From Thraustochytrium aureum (Eukaryota), in assembly GCA_012862495.1 (NCBI GenBank), contig BLSG01000092.1, forward strand, positions 101,776 to 137,260: DNA of 35,485 nucleotides, in the 5' to 3' direction. This document shows positions 11,501 to 22,305 of the stretch, one piece after another. Both the position numbers and the translations under genes were made by a program. How positions within the stretch are numbered: the stretch's first letter is position 1; the number at the start of each line of letters is the position of its first letter. The notes under the pieces were generated by a model, which searched no databases, was not told the origin of the DNA, and saw only the letters and a program-made list of their open reading frames with translations.

Positions 11501-12877
11501 GACGCGGCCCCCTCGCACTTTCGCGCGGGCCTCAACAGCGGCGACAACCCCATTCCCAACCTGTACAGGTACGTCCTGCCGTGGGAGTCCGAGTTTGTGG
11601 ACTCGCAGCGCGTCTGGGCCGAGTACGCGCTCAAGCGCCAGGAGGCCAGCGCGCAAAACCGGCGCCTCACGCTGGAGGACCTCGAGGACTCGTGGGACCG
11701 CGGCGTGCCTCGCATCAACACGCTCTTCAGCAAGGACCGCCACACGCTCGCCTACGACAAGGGCTGGCGCGTGCGCACGCACTTTGAGCAGTTCCAGATC
11801 GCGCGACCCAACCCGTTCTGGTGGACCAACAACCGCATGGACGGCAAGATGTGGAACCTGAGCAACTATCGCACCGACGTCATCCAGGCCCTCGTGGCGT
11901 CGAGGGCATCCTGGAGCACACGCTCTTCAAGGGAACTGGGTTTCCCTCCTGGGAGGGGCTGTTCTGGGAGAAGNNNNNNNNNNNNNNNNNNNNNNNNNNN
12001 NNNNNNNNNNNNNNNNNNNNNNNNNNNNNNNNNNNNNNNNNNNNNNNNNNNNNNNNNNNNNNNNNNNNNNNNNNNNNNNNNNNNNNNNNNNNNNNNNNNN
12101 NNNNNNNNNNNNNNNNNNNNNNNNNNNNNNNNNNNNNNNNNNNNNNNNNNNNNNNNNNNNNNNNNNNNNNNNNNNNNNNNNNNNNNNNNNNNNNNNNNNN
12201 NNNNNNNNNNNNNNNNNNNNNNNNNNNNNNNNNNNNNNNNNNNNNNNNNNNNNNNNNNNNNNNNNNNNNNNNNNNNNNNNNNNNNNNNNNNNNNNNNNNN
12301 NNNNNNNNNNNNNNNNNNNNNNNNNNNNNNNNNNNNNNNNNNNNNNNNNNNNNNNNNNNNNNNNNNNNNNNNNNNNNNNNNNNNNNNNNNNNNNNNNNNN
12401 NNNNNNNNNNNNNNNNNNNNNNNNNNNNNNNNNNNNNNNNNNNNNNNNNNNNNNNNNNNNNNNNNNNNNNNNNNNNNNNNNNNNNNNNNNNNNNNNNNNN
12501 NNNNNNNNNNNNNNNNNNNNNNNNNNNNNNNNNNNNNNNNNNNNNNNNNNNNNNNNNNNNNNNNNNNNNNNNNNNNNNNNNNNNNNNNNNNNNNNNNNNN
12601 NNNNNNNNNCGCTGGCTGCGCTCCCTGGCGCTGGGGTTTACGATTCTCTGGAGGGGTCGATCACTTCTGTCGAGCTGCTCGAGCAGCCCGAGGAGTACGT
12701 CGGCCTCCTGGTGGACGGCAACCAGCGGTTCCTGCGCGACGACCTGATGGTCGTGCACAACAGCGGGTTCGAGACGAGCATGGTGTTCAAGAAGCTTACC
12801 AACGCGCAGCGTGCAGGGCTCAACCAGATCCCCAACCGTCGGTTCACGCTGTGGTGGTCGCCAACCATCAACCGAAG

Positions 12878-12910
<33 letters not shown>

Positions 12911-15248
12911 CCTGACGGGGATCTTTATGCACGGCAAGATCCCGACGCTCAAGATCTCGCTGATTCAGATCTTTCGTGCGCACCTGTGGCAAAAGATTCA
13001 CGAGTCGCTCACGATGGACCTGGCCCAAGTCCTCGACCAGGAGGTCGACGTGCTGGCCATCGAGACGGTGCAGAAGGAGACGATCCACCCGCGCAAGAGC
13101 TACAAGATGAACGTCTCGTGCGCCGACATCCTCCTCCTGGGGACGCACAAGTGGCAGATAAGCAAGCCCGCGCTCCTGCACGACAACCGCGACTCGTACG
13201 AAACCGAGGTGACCTCAAACAAGTTTTGGCTCGACGTCCAGCTGCGCTGGGGCGACTACGACTCGCACGACATCGAGCGGTACTGCCGCGCAAAGTACCT
13301 CGAGTACACCACGGACGGCATGACGCTCTACCCGTCGCCCACGGGCCTCCTCCTGGGCGTCGACCTGGCCTACAACCTGCACGGCGGGTACGGAAACTAT
13401 TTCCCCGGGCTCAAGCCGCTCATGCAGCAGGCGATGGCCAAGATCATGAAAGCCAACCCGGCGCTCTATGTGCTGCGCGAGCGCATCCGCAAGGGCCTCA
13501 GCCTTTTCTCCAGCGAGCCGACCGAGCCGCACCTCTCCAACCAAAACTACGGCGAGCTCTTTTCGAACCAGAACGTGTGGTTCCTGGACGACAGCTCGGT
13601 GTACCGCGTGGTGGTCCACACCACGCTCGAGGGGAACACAACGACCAAGCCAGTGAACGGCGCAATCGTTGTCTTCAACCCGCGCAGCGGGCAGCTCTTC
13701 CTCAAGGTGGTCCACACCTCGTCCTGGAGCGGGCAGAAGCGCCTGTCGCAGCTGGCGCGCTGGAAGACGGCCGAGGAGACGACGGGGCTCGTGCGCTCCC
13801 TGCCCATCGAGGAGCAGCCCAACCAGATCATCGTCACGCGCCGCGGCATGCTCGACCCGCTCGAGACGCAGATGCTCGACTTTCCCTCGATCGTGCTGCG
13901 CTGCAGCGAGCTGCAGCTCCCCTTCTCGGAGCTCTTGTCGCTGGAGCGCATCGGCGACCTTGTCCTCCGCGCCACCGACCCGCAAATGTGCCTCTTCAAC
14001 CTCTACGACGACTGGCTCTCGACCATCTCGAGCTTTACGGCTTTCTCGCGGCTCATCCTGATACTGCGCGCCATGCACGTCGACCTCGACCGGGCCAAGG
14101 TGATCTTGCGNNNNNNNNNNNNNNNNNNNNNNNNNNNNNNNNNNNNNNNNNNNNNNNNNNNNNNNNNNNNNNNNNNNNNNNNNNNNNNNNNNNNNNNNNN
14201 NNNNNNNNNNNNNNNNNNNNNNNNNNNNNNNNNNNNNNNNNNNNNNNNNNNNNNNNNNNNNNNNNNNNNNNNNNNNNNNNNNNNNNNNNNNNNNNNNNNN
14301 NNNNNNNNNNNNNNNNNNNNNNNNNNNNNNNNNNNNNNNNNNNNNNNNNNNNNNNNNNNNNNNNNNNNNNNNNNNNNNNNNNNNNNNNNNNNNNNNNNNN
14401 NNNNNNNNNNNNNNNNNNNNNNNNNNNNNNNNNNNNNNNNNNNNNNNNNNNNNNNNNNNNNNNNNNNNNNNNNNNNNNNNNNNNNNNNNNNNNNNNNNNN
14501 NNNNNNNNNNNNNNNNNNNNNNNNNNNNNNNNNNNNNNNNNNNNNNNNNNNNNNNNNNNNNNNNNNNNNNNNNNNNNNNNNNNNNNNNNNNNNNNNNNNN
14601 NNNNNNNNNNNNNNNNNNNNNNNNNNNNNNNNNNNNNNNNNNNNNNNNNNNNNNNNNNNNNNNNNNNNNNNNNNNNNNNNNNNNNNNNNNNNNNNNNNNN
14701 NNNNNNNNNNNNNNNNNNNNNNNNNNNNNNNNNNNNNNNNNNNNNNNNNNNNNNNNNNNNNNNNNNNNNNNNNNNNNNNNNNNNNNNNNNNNNNNNNNNN
14801 NNNNNNNNNNNNNNNNNNNNNNNNNNNNNNNNNNNNNNNNNNNNNNNNNNNNNNNNNNNNNNNNNNNNNNNNNNNNNNNNNNNNNNNNNNNNNNNNNNNN
14901 NNNNNNNNNNNNNNNNNNNNNNNNNNNNNNNNNNNNNNNNNNNNNNNNNNNNNNNNNNNNNNNNNNNNNNNNNNNNNNNNNNNNNNNNNNNNNNNNNNNN
15001 NNNNNNNNNNNNNNNNNNNNNNNNNNNNNNNNNNNNNNNNNNNNNNNNNNNNNNNNNNNNNNNNNNNNNNNNNNNNNNNNNNNNNTCCGCTTCCCCCGCG
15101 CGCTCGACTTTTCGCTGTCGTACGGCCACCCGCTCGAGTTTTTCCACCCGCAGCACCGCCCGCAGCACTTGCTTCCTTCCTGAGCGGCGGCAGCGGCGAC
15201 ATCGACGAGCTCGCTCCCCAAGAAGACCTCGACAACCCGCTGGCCTAG
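8545..15248 (+). CDS. PRP8: Pre-mRNA splicing factor Prp8 (N-terminus in gap, intein-containing, apparent 1-nt frameshifts)
   Basis: Collinear Prp8 signatures: [83 protein letters not shown] and C-terminal [14 protein letters not shown]. Frame breaks at ~9650, ~10826, ~11895 and ~15168 are each repaired by adding one base. Confidence 0.97.
11974..12761 (+). mobile_element. Intein at the PRP8-a site (only the last ~50 aa visible; the rest is in an N-gap)
   Basis: Non-Prp8 sequence lies between GLFWEK (ends 11973) and SGFE (starts 12762). It is in frame with the downstream extein and reads ...[35 protein letters not shown]. This matches intein blocks F/G with penultimate His, terminal Asn and +1 Ser. 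Confidence 0.92.
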
Positions 15249-16343
15249 GCTGTTCCGATCGCCCCTGGCCCCAAGCGACGCGGGACCCAACCAAGAAGCC
15301 AATCTGCTCTTTCCTTTTACTCGTTTTCAAATCAAGCAAGACTCAGGGACAGCAAGCGAGCCCTCCGCGCGCCGTTCCTGGTCCGGTAGGGGCACGAAAG
15401 TCGCGTGATTGACAACACCGCCGCAGTCGCCACGCTTCTCTCAAGACCGCACGACTATCTCAGAAAAGATTGCTCAACAAACGGTCTGCCGCATTTTGGA
15501 CCTCGGAGTCGCCCAAGTGCTGACGCTTCGCCCGCCGCACTGCGGCAGCCGCGCCCAGCTTTTGCAGCGTAACTTGGTTGTCANNNNNNNNNNNNNNNNN
15601 NNNNNNNNNNNNNNNNNNNNNNNNNNNNNNNNNNNNNNNNNNNNNNNNNNNNNNNNNNNNNNNNNNNNNNNNNNNNNNNNNNNNNNNNNNNNNNNNNNNN
15701 NNNNNNNNNNNNNNNNNNNNNNNNNNNNNNNNNNNNNNNNNNNNNNNNNNNNNNNNNNNNNNNNNNNNNNNNNNNNNNNNNNNNNNNNNNNNNNNNNNNN
15801 NNNNNNNNNNNNNNNNNNNNNNNNNNNNNNNNNNNNNNNNNNNNNNNNNNNNNNNNNNNNNNNNNNNNNNNNNNNNNNNNNNNNNNNNNNNNNNNNNNNN
15901 NNNNNNNNNNNNNNNNNNNNNNNNNNNNNNNNNNNNNNNNNNNNNNNNNNNNNNNNNNNNNNNNNNNNNNNNNNNNNNNNNNNNNNNNNNNNNNNNNNNN
16001 NNNNNNNNNNNNNNNNNNNNNNNNNNNNNNNNNNNNNNNNNNNNNNNNNNNNNNNNNNNNNNNNNNNNNNNNNNNNNNNNNNNNNNNNNNNNNNNNNNNN
16101 NNNNNNNNNNNNNNNNNNNNNNNNNNNNNNNNNNNNNNNNNNNNNNNNNNNNNNNNNNNNNNNNNNNNNNNNNNNNNNNNNNNNNNNNNNNNNNNNNNNN
16201 NNNNNNNNNNNNNNNNNNNNNNNNNNNNNNNNNNNNNNNNNNNNNNNNNNNNNNNNNNNNCCTGGCGAATTGCGAGCGTTCAAGGTCATCGCATTGCGGA
16301 GCTTGCTCCCGGGACCTGGCTTTGGGTCTCCCCTGCGGGCGCA

Positions 16344-18220
16344 CTAGTCGTCAAAAAGGCGGGGCTTGGCGGTACCTCGGGGATCGCGCGGCTTGCGGGA
16401 ACCTCGGTTGAAAATCGCGTTGCCTTCGCTGTCGTCAGAGTCAGAGTCGAACAGGCCCTTTACAGCGCCAAAGCGCTGGCCAGCGCTAGACCTTGCGCTT
16501 GCCCCGCGCCGAACCGAGCCGGAGTCCGCCAAAGCAGAGTCACCAGCCACGCCTCCAGCTTGCGGTTGCGCCAAGTACGCGAAGAGGCCGCTCCCGTCAT
16601 CGTCCGAGTCAGAGTCAGCGAAGAGCGCCGCGAGCTGCTCGGCCTTCGAGACCGTCGTCGTGATTGGCCCATCGGCGCCGTTGGCCTTGGCTGGCGCGAC
16701 CAACTGCAAGTCATCCTCGCCCTCGCTGTCGGCAAAAGGCAGCTTTGACGTGTTCGGCTCGCGTTGCCCCGAACTCGTCCCGTGAGAAGGGGAGGCCGCC
16801 CCAGCATGGCTTTCGTCGTCGCTTTCGAAAAGATCTTCGCGACGGCCTGCGGCCGAGGTGATTGCTGGGGCAGGCGCTGGCGGACACGCTTGCTCGCCAA
16901 GCGGCCCACCGCCTGTCGTGGCTGAATGTCTTGCTTCCTCTGCTACGTGCTCGNNNNNNNNNNNNNNNNNNNNNNNNNNNNNNNNNNNNNNNNNNNNNNN
17001 NNNNNNNNNNNNNNNNNNNNNNNNNNNNNNNNNNNNNNNNNNNNNNNNNNNNNNNNNNNNNNNNNNNNNNNNNNNNNNNNNNNNNNNNNNNNNNNNNNNN
17101 NNNNNNNNNNNNNNNNNNNNNNNNNNNNNNNNNNNNNNNNNNNNNNGCTGGGGCGGCGCGGGGCTTGCGCGAAGCATTCGAGGGGGCCGCGGGGGCGGCG
17201 CGCCAGGCTCCGCCCGTGTAGGTGGTGTAGGTGAAGCAGCAGAATTTTGCGGCGGCAACGGCGGCGGCGTGCCAGTCTCGAAGCTCTTTGGTCGCTCGGC
17301 AGAATCGCGGGGCGACGGTGAGAGGGGCGCCGGGGCGGGGAGCGCCAAGTCTGCACGGGCTTGCGGGGGGCTGCCCGTCTTGGGCCCCGGCCGGGCAACC
17401 CGCGTCTGGCGACAGCTGCAGCAAGCGCTGCTTTAAACGCCATTGCGGTGTCCTCGCCACGCGCCTCGCTTGTGCTGACCAAGCCAGCAGGGCCATCGCC
17501 GTGCGCGTCCAGGGTTGCCGAGTCACGCCGTGGCCGAGGCGGTGAGTCTTGTGCTGGCAACGTTTCACTCCCTCCACCGGCGAGCCCGGAGTGTTCGGCG
17601 GCTTCATCGGCAGGCTGGGGCTGTCGATCAGAAGTAGACGCGCTTGGGGTTTCCCCGAGCTCTTTGGCGTCTTGCTCCCGCGCAGGGAGCTCGCCTTGGC
17701 TAGCGTTGTCCTCTTGGATACCGAGCCCGACTGCAGGGTCCTCCTCAAAGGCCCGCGTTCCAATTACAAGCGGCAGCCGTCGATCATCATACACAGCGCG
17801 GTCGATCGGGCCAGCGTCGATCGCCGAGAGGCCGTCTCGCGCCGCAGCAGCGGCGTCGAGTACGCCAAGCTCCGCGTCGAAATCGATAGAGAGGGGGCTC
17901 GGCTGCCTCGCTCCACTCTCGTCCTCTTCGAACACGCGGCTCTCCACGAACTGCGTGTTCGACAAGAGCCTGAGCTCATTGTTGGCATTTTCCAGCGCGA
18001 TCCCTGCGGCGGCGGCTTCATTCTCCACCGCGGCGAGCTCCCGTTCCACCCGCCGTGCGCCGTCCTCGAACCTGCGCACCAACGCCACGAGCGCATCCGC
18101 GAGCGCGGCATCAGCGGCCCTCGACCACCCAAGCCTCTCGACGTTCCTCGCGCTCGCCGCAGTCTCCCTGGCGTTGCGCGTCTCGTCTCGGAGCCGGCGG
18201 AAAGCTGCGTCCACGCCCAT
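16344..18220 (-). CDS. WASHC2: WASH complex subunit 2 (FAM21-like)
   Basis: N-terminal head motifs WSRAADAAL and LRLLSNTQFVESRVFEED match FAM21 WSLAAD and LSNTQFIENRVYDE. A Pro-rich linker and several LF-acidic motifs follow (LFESDDE, LFADSDSD, LFDSDSD, LFDD*). One apparent frameshift at ~17350-17430 and an internal gap. Confidence 0.82.
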
Positions 18221-18673
18221 CGTCACGGCAAGCAAACCCACCACGCCAGGGCCCGGCACCGCCCGGCGCAGCAGCACAGGCCGCAGCAGGACAGCCGACG
18301 CTCGCTCGAGGGCCACGGGGGCGCGCACGCAGCAGTGCGCCTACGGAGTGGAGTTGAGCTCGAGCAAGGAGTCCAGCTCGACCGCCACCACGCCAGGTCG
18401 CCGTCCCAGCGCACGTCACCAGCAGCGAGCGACGCAGGCCGGCCGGGCGAACAAACAACGCAGCCGCGCAGGCTGCTGACGCAGGCTGACGCAGGCTGAC
18501 GCAGCTGCGCCGAGCGAACAGCGCGAGCGCCGCCTGCGAGGAACGTCGACTGCGTGTCCGACGTTAAAGGGCGAGAAAGCGCGAGAAAGCGCGAGAAAGC
18601 GCGGGCGTGCTCGGAGGAACGGAGCGCTCCTGACGAGGTCTGCGAGGCGCAGGCCGAAGACGCCGCTGCATCG

Positions 18674-18676
<3 letters not shown>

Positions 18677-18703
<27 letters not shown>
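18677..18703. repeat. (GCT)n microsatellite
   Basis: About nine GCT units. Confidence 0.9.
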
Positions 18704-18704
<1 letters not shown>

Positions 18705-19587
18705 TGCTGTTGAATGAAAGAATGCGCTGTTTTTTGTTGCATTTTCTTTGATCAAGATGATGGGCTGGCAGAGCGCTGTGCAGATAGATGTCCAGATGGC
18801 ACTCGTGAGCTGGTTGCAGCGGTGAGCTGGTTAGCGGGTGATAGTAACACGGCTTTCGCTCTCGTCCCGAGAATAACTGTGAATAACTGGGTAACTGTTG
18901 GAGAGTTTGAGGTGGGTCGTCACCGCACTGGACAACGGAGGATTGGAGCGCGGACGCGAATCGCAGCATCGCAGCGTACAGCGCCAGAGCGCCTACGGCA
19001 AGCAAGACAACTCCTCCTCACAGCCAGCCTGCATGTCTCTACCTACAGGTGGACCGCGTCACTCGCGGCCTTGGCGTACAAGGAGCTGAGCAGCACGCCC
19101 GCGCCGACCATGCAGCACCGCTCGCACCTTGGCCGGCGCAACCTCGCTGAGATCGTTCGCCTCGAACTCAAGCTCTAGCTAGCCAGAGAGCCACTGCAGC
19201 GCCGTCGAGCTGCAGCGCTTTCGCCGCAGGGCAGCGCCAAAGCAGAGGCTGATCGGCTCGCCAAACTTCCTCCTGTCCGGTGAGTGAACGAACGGTAACC
19301 ACCTACTGGCCTACAATCGATGGAGTAGCCCAAGACAACTTAAGACAAGAGTGCCCAGTGAAGTCTGTCAGAATCCTCAGAGCTTCTCGCGACAGTAACA
19401 GACCACCAAACGCGTTGGACGCTGGCTTGCTGTTGATCGGCGAACGGCCGCACGGGCTACAACGTTGCTGTGCTCAAGGCCTTGGCCTGCACGGCCGAGC
19501 GTGCTGCCACTCGCTGGACCTCAGTTCATGCTGATACGTGCCAAAGGCTGGCCCTGCCGTGTTGAAGAGCCGCGCCGCCGCTGCGCG

Positions 19588-21953
19588 ATGATCGGGGACG
19601 CGTCGGGTGAGCAAGCGAGGTGGGGGGCCAATGGCGAGGCTGCCAGTGTCTCGATGGACATGAAGGATGCCGAAGCGCCGGACGCTGCTGCTGGAGAGAG
19701 AAGCGGCGGGGAGTCGGCTGGCGCGCCAGGGCTGCGCGAGCTGCTCGGCATCGAAACGTGCGACGTTGTGCTCAACAACGTGGCGATGGAGAAGCTGCTC
19801 CACCCGGTGAGCCTCACGCTGGAGAGGGGCAAGGTCGTCCTTGTGACCGGCCCCAAGATCGAGAAGAAGAAAAGCGGCGCGTCTGTTCTCCTGCAAATCG
19901 TTTCGGGTCGCAAGCAAATGCACGCCGCAAGCGGGGCTGTGACAGGCGAGGCCTTCGCGCTGGGGCACAAGCACAAATTCGACTTGCTGAAGACCAGAAC
20001 ACCAATGCTCCTGAACAAGACCACGCTCTACCGGAAGACGACCCCGGCCGAGACCCTGCAAGCCGCGCTGGTCATGGACGGTCAGTGCGATGCAACGGAG
20101 AGAGTCCGCGCGTTGAAGCTTGCCGAGGACGAATTCGGGCCGATGATGCAGGACGGGTTGCTGCTCAAGAAAGGAGTCCACGTCGGAGACAAAGAGGTGG
20201 ACACAGGCGGCATCACGCGGGGACAAAATTTGTGCTGCCAGTCCATGAGAGAAATCAGCTCCCTGGACCGTCGCAAGCTCGAGTTCGTGGCTCACTTCCT
20301 CCAGGGGCGCCGACCCGACACAATGACCATGGTAGAATCCAAGGAGCTCGTGTACACCGAGATGGTCAAGTACCTCGCGTTCATTCGCGACGTTTGCACT
20401 TCTTCCCGCAGGACGAGTGCGCTAGTTCGCATCAAGGCGCTGCATGGCCGATTCCTGCATCTGTGCGACACCCTCGTCATCCTCTCGGGGCCAAGCGTGG
20501 TTTACATTGGCCCTCCGGGCGCATTTCGGCGCCATGTGGACAACGTCCTGCTGTTGCCGGTGCCGGACGCTTTTAGCGCGACCGAGTTCGTTATTGATCA
20601 CACCGACAAGATGCTACACCCGGACTGCGACCTTGATGCGATCGAGGCAAAGTTCTGGGAGACGAGCGACGCGCAAAGCATCGCGCAAGAGGCCACGGCG
20701 CGGGCTGCCCAATTGGAAACCTTGGAGCCCAACGACCCCCAAACGTTTCGAGAGGGGTTCGAGCTGTGGTGGATGCAGGCCATCGAGGTATTCTGGCGCA
20801 CGCATCGCAATTACGTGCGTACGCCGGGTCTCACTACGCTACGTTGGCTGCTCTATGTTACGTTCGCGGTGATGACGGGGATTATCGCCATGTCTCCGAG
20901 CGCGCTCGCTGCGAGCGACCGCATCTGGTTGCTCATCGCAGGCTTCGACTTTACTGTTGCAGGTAGGTGTCTCCCTTTGCTTGGCGTGGCTTGCTTGGCG
21001 TGGCTTGGCGTGGCTTGCTTGGGGGTGGCGTGGCTTGCTTGGGGTGGCGTGGCTTGCTTGGGGGTGCTTGCTTTGCTTGGAGGTGGCGTGGCTTGGCTTG
21101 GCGCGGCGTGGCTTGCTTCGCTTGCGGATGTTTTTTTCGCTCGCCCGTTGCCGTCTCTAACATCCATCTCCTCTCGCTGCGTTTCGACCGCTATGGCAGC
21201 CAGCTTATTCGGCATGTACGCACTGCGCTTGGAACGCAAGACGCTCTTCCGCGAGTGCCAAAACAGGCGCTTGTACTTGTCCGCCTGGCACGTGGGCCAC
21301 TTCCTCGGCTCTGTGCTTGGCGTGCTGTACATAAGCATCGTGCCGGGGCTCCTCTTCTTTTACTTGATGCAGCTTGACACGTTCTCGCGCTCTTGGGAAG
21401 CAGTGGCCGGGTTCGTTGCGACCTACTACTTTATGCTATTGCTCTGCGAGGCGCTCTGGACCATGGTCGCGTTTGCCATTCCGCAAAAGAAGCGGAGCAC
21501 TGTAATCGCCTCGTTCTTTGCCCTGGCGTTCGTCCTCGGCCAGGGCGTCTTCACCAAGCTGGCCAACTTGCCAGCCAACCGCTATGTGATGTTTGTCACG
21601 ATTTTCCGGCCCGCCATGACATCGTTCTTCGCCAGGCAGTTCGCTGGCGTCGAGCCCGTGTACTACCTGCCGCAGGTGTGGCAGGCCGATGTGGATGCGT
21701 GCCAGCTTCATCCGACCGACTCGAGAAACTGGACCTCGCCGCAGGTGCTGGGATGCCTCAATGTTACCGTGTGGAATGGGAAATGTCCTGTTGAGCCGGC
21801 GAACGGTCTTCGGTGGACTGGCGACGAAGTTCTGAGTGCCTTCAATTCAAGTCGAATGGCGTGCTTGCGATGGAGCTCATCACCATTCTCATCATCATCT
21901 TCATACGAATCATCACCTACTTGATCGTGCGATGGCAAATCCGCAGAATCTAG
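19588..21953 (+). CDS. ABCG-like half transporter with degenerate nucleotide-binding domain (two exons)
   Basis: NBD-then-TMD order. LLHPVSLTLERGKVVLVTGP, LCDTLVILSGPSVVYIGP and ERKTLFRECQN..Y match ABCG landmarks. Intron at 20963-21199. The last TM helix (LAMELITILIIIFIRIITYLIVRW...*, stop 21951-21953) is reached by a 1-nt shift at ~21843. Start codon is uncertain (19588 or 19654). Confidence 0.75.
20963..21199 (+). other. Spliceosomal GT-AG intron, 237 nt, filled with a (GCTTG/GCGTG)n repeat
   Basis: Donor G|GTAGGT, CTAAC branch-like motif at ~21157, pyrimidine tract, acceptor GGCAG|. Removal keeps the frame and gives FDFTVAASLFGMYALRLERK. Confidence 0.85.
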
Positions 21954-22305
21954 CTCACCTGTTTGCACGTGGGCTCCACTCGGCGCCTCTGAATAAAGCC
22001 GTGCATCGACCACAACGAGGTTCGGCCAGTCCGCGTTGCCAAGCCTCGCCGCGGGCATGCATGGATGGCCTCATGGCCCGAGGCCTCTTTCGTCTCTACA
22101 ACAAGAACCAACTTCAGACTTTGATTTGTTACGGACAAATGCCTGCCCACTCGCCCGCCCGGCCAACCTGGCCGGTCATTGCGCTTTCTCCCGCGAGCCC
22201 CTCAAATGCGTCCGCGCTGGTTGAGCGAAATCATCTACTCTACAATAACATTCGCTGTTTTGGGCCAACACTCTACTCTCTCTCCAGAGGCTAGCCAGGG
22301 CCAGT

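Noticed and set aside
9640..11900. Programmed frameshifting or a PRP8 pseudogene
   Set aside because: There are no in-frame stops once single bases are restored, and the same error type occurs in unrelated genes across the window.
11974..12763. PRP8 insert read as a spliceosomal intron using the CAG at 12761-12763
   Set aside because: Formally possible, but the insert is open in the Prp8 frame, has no pyrimidine tract, encodes intein F/G motifs ending HN|S, and sits at the known intein site.
14111..15084. A second intein hidden in the 3' PRP8 gap
   Set aside because: The gap length roughly equals the missing Prp8 sequence (~330 aa), leaving no room.
18714..19178. Small gene between WASHC2 and the ABCG-like gene
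   Set aside because: No recognisable homology or convincing start codon, so it cannot be supported without transcript data.
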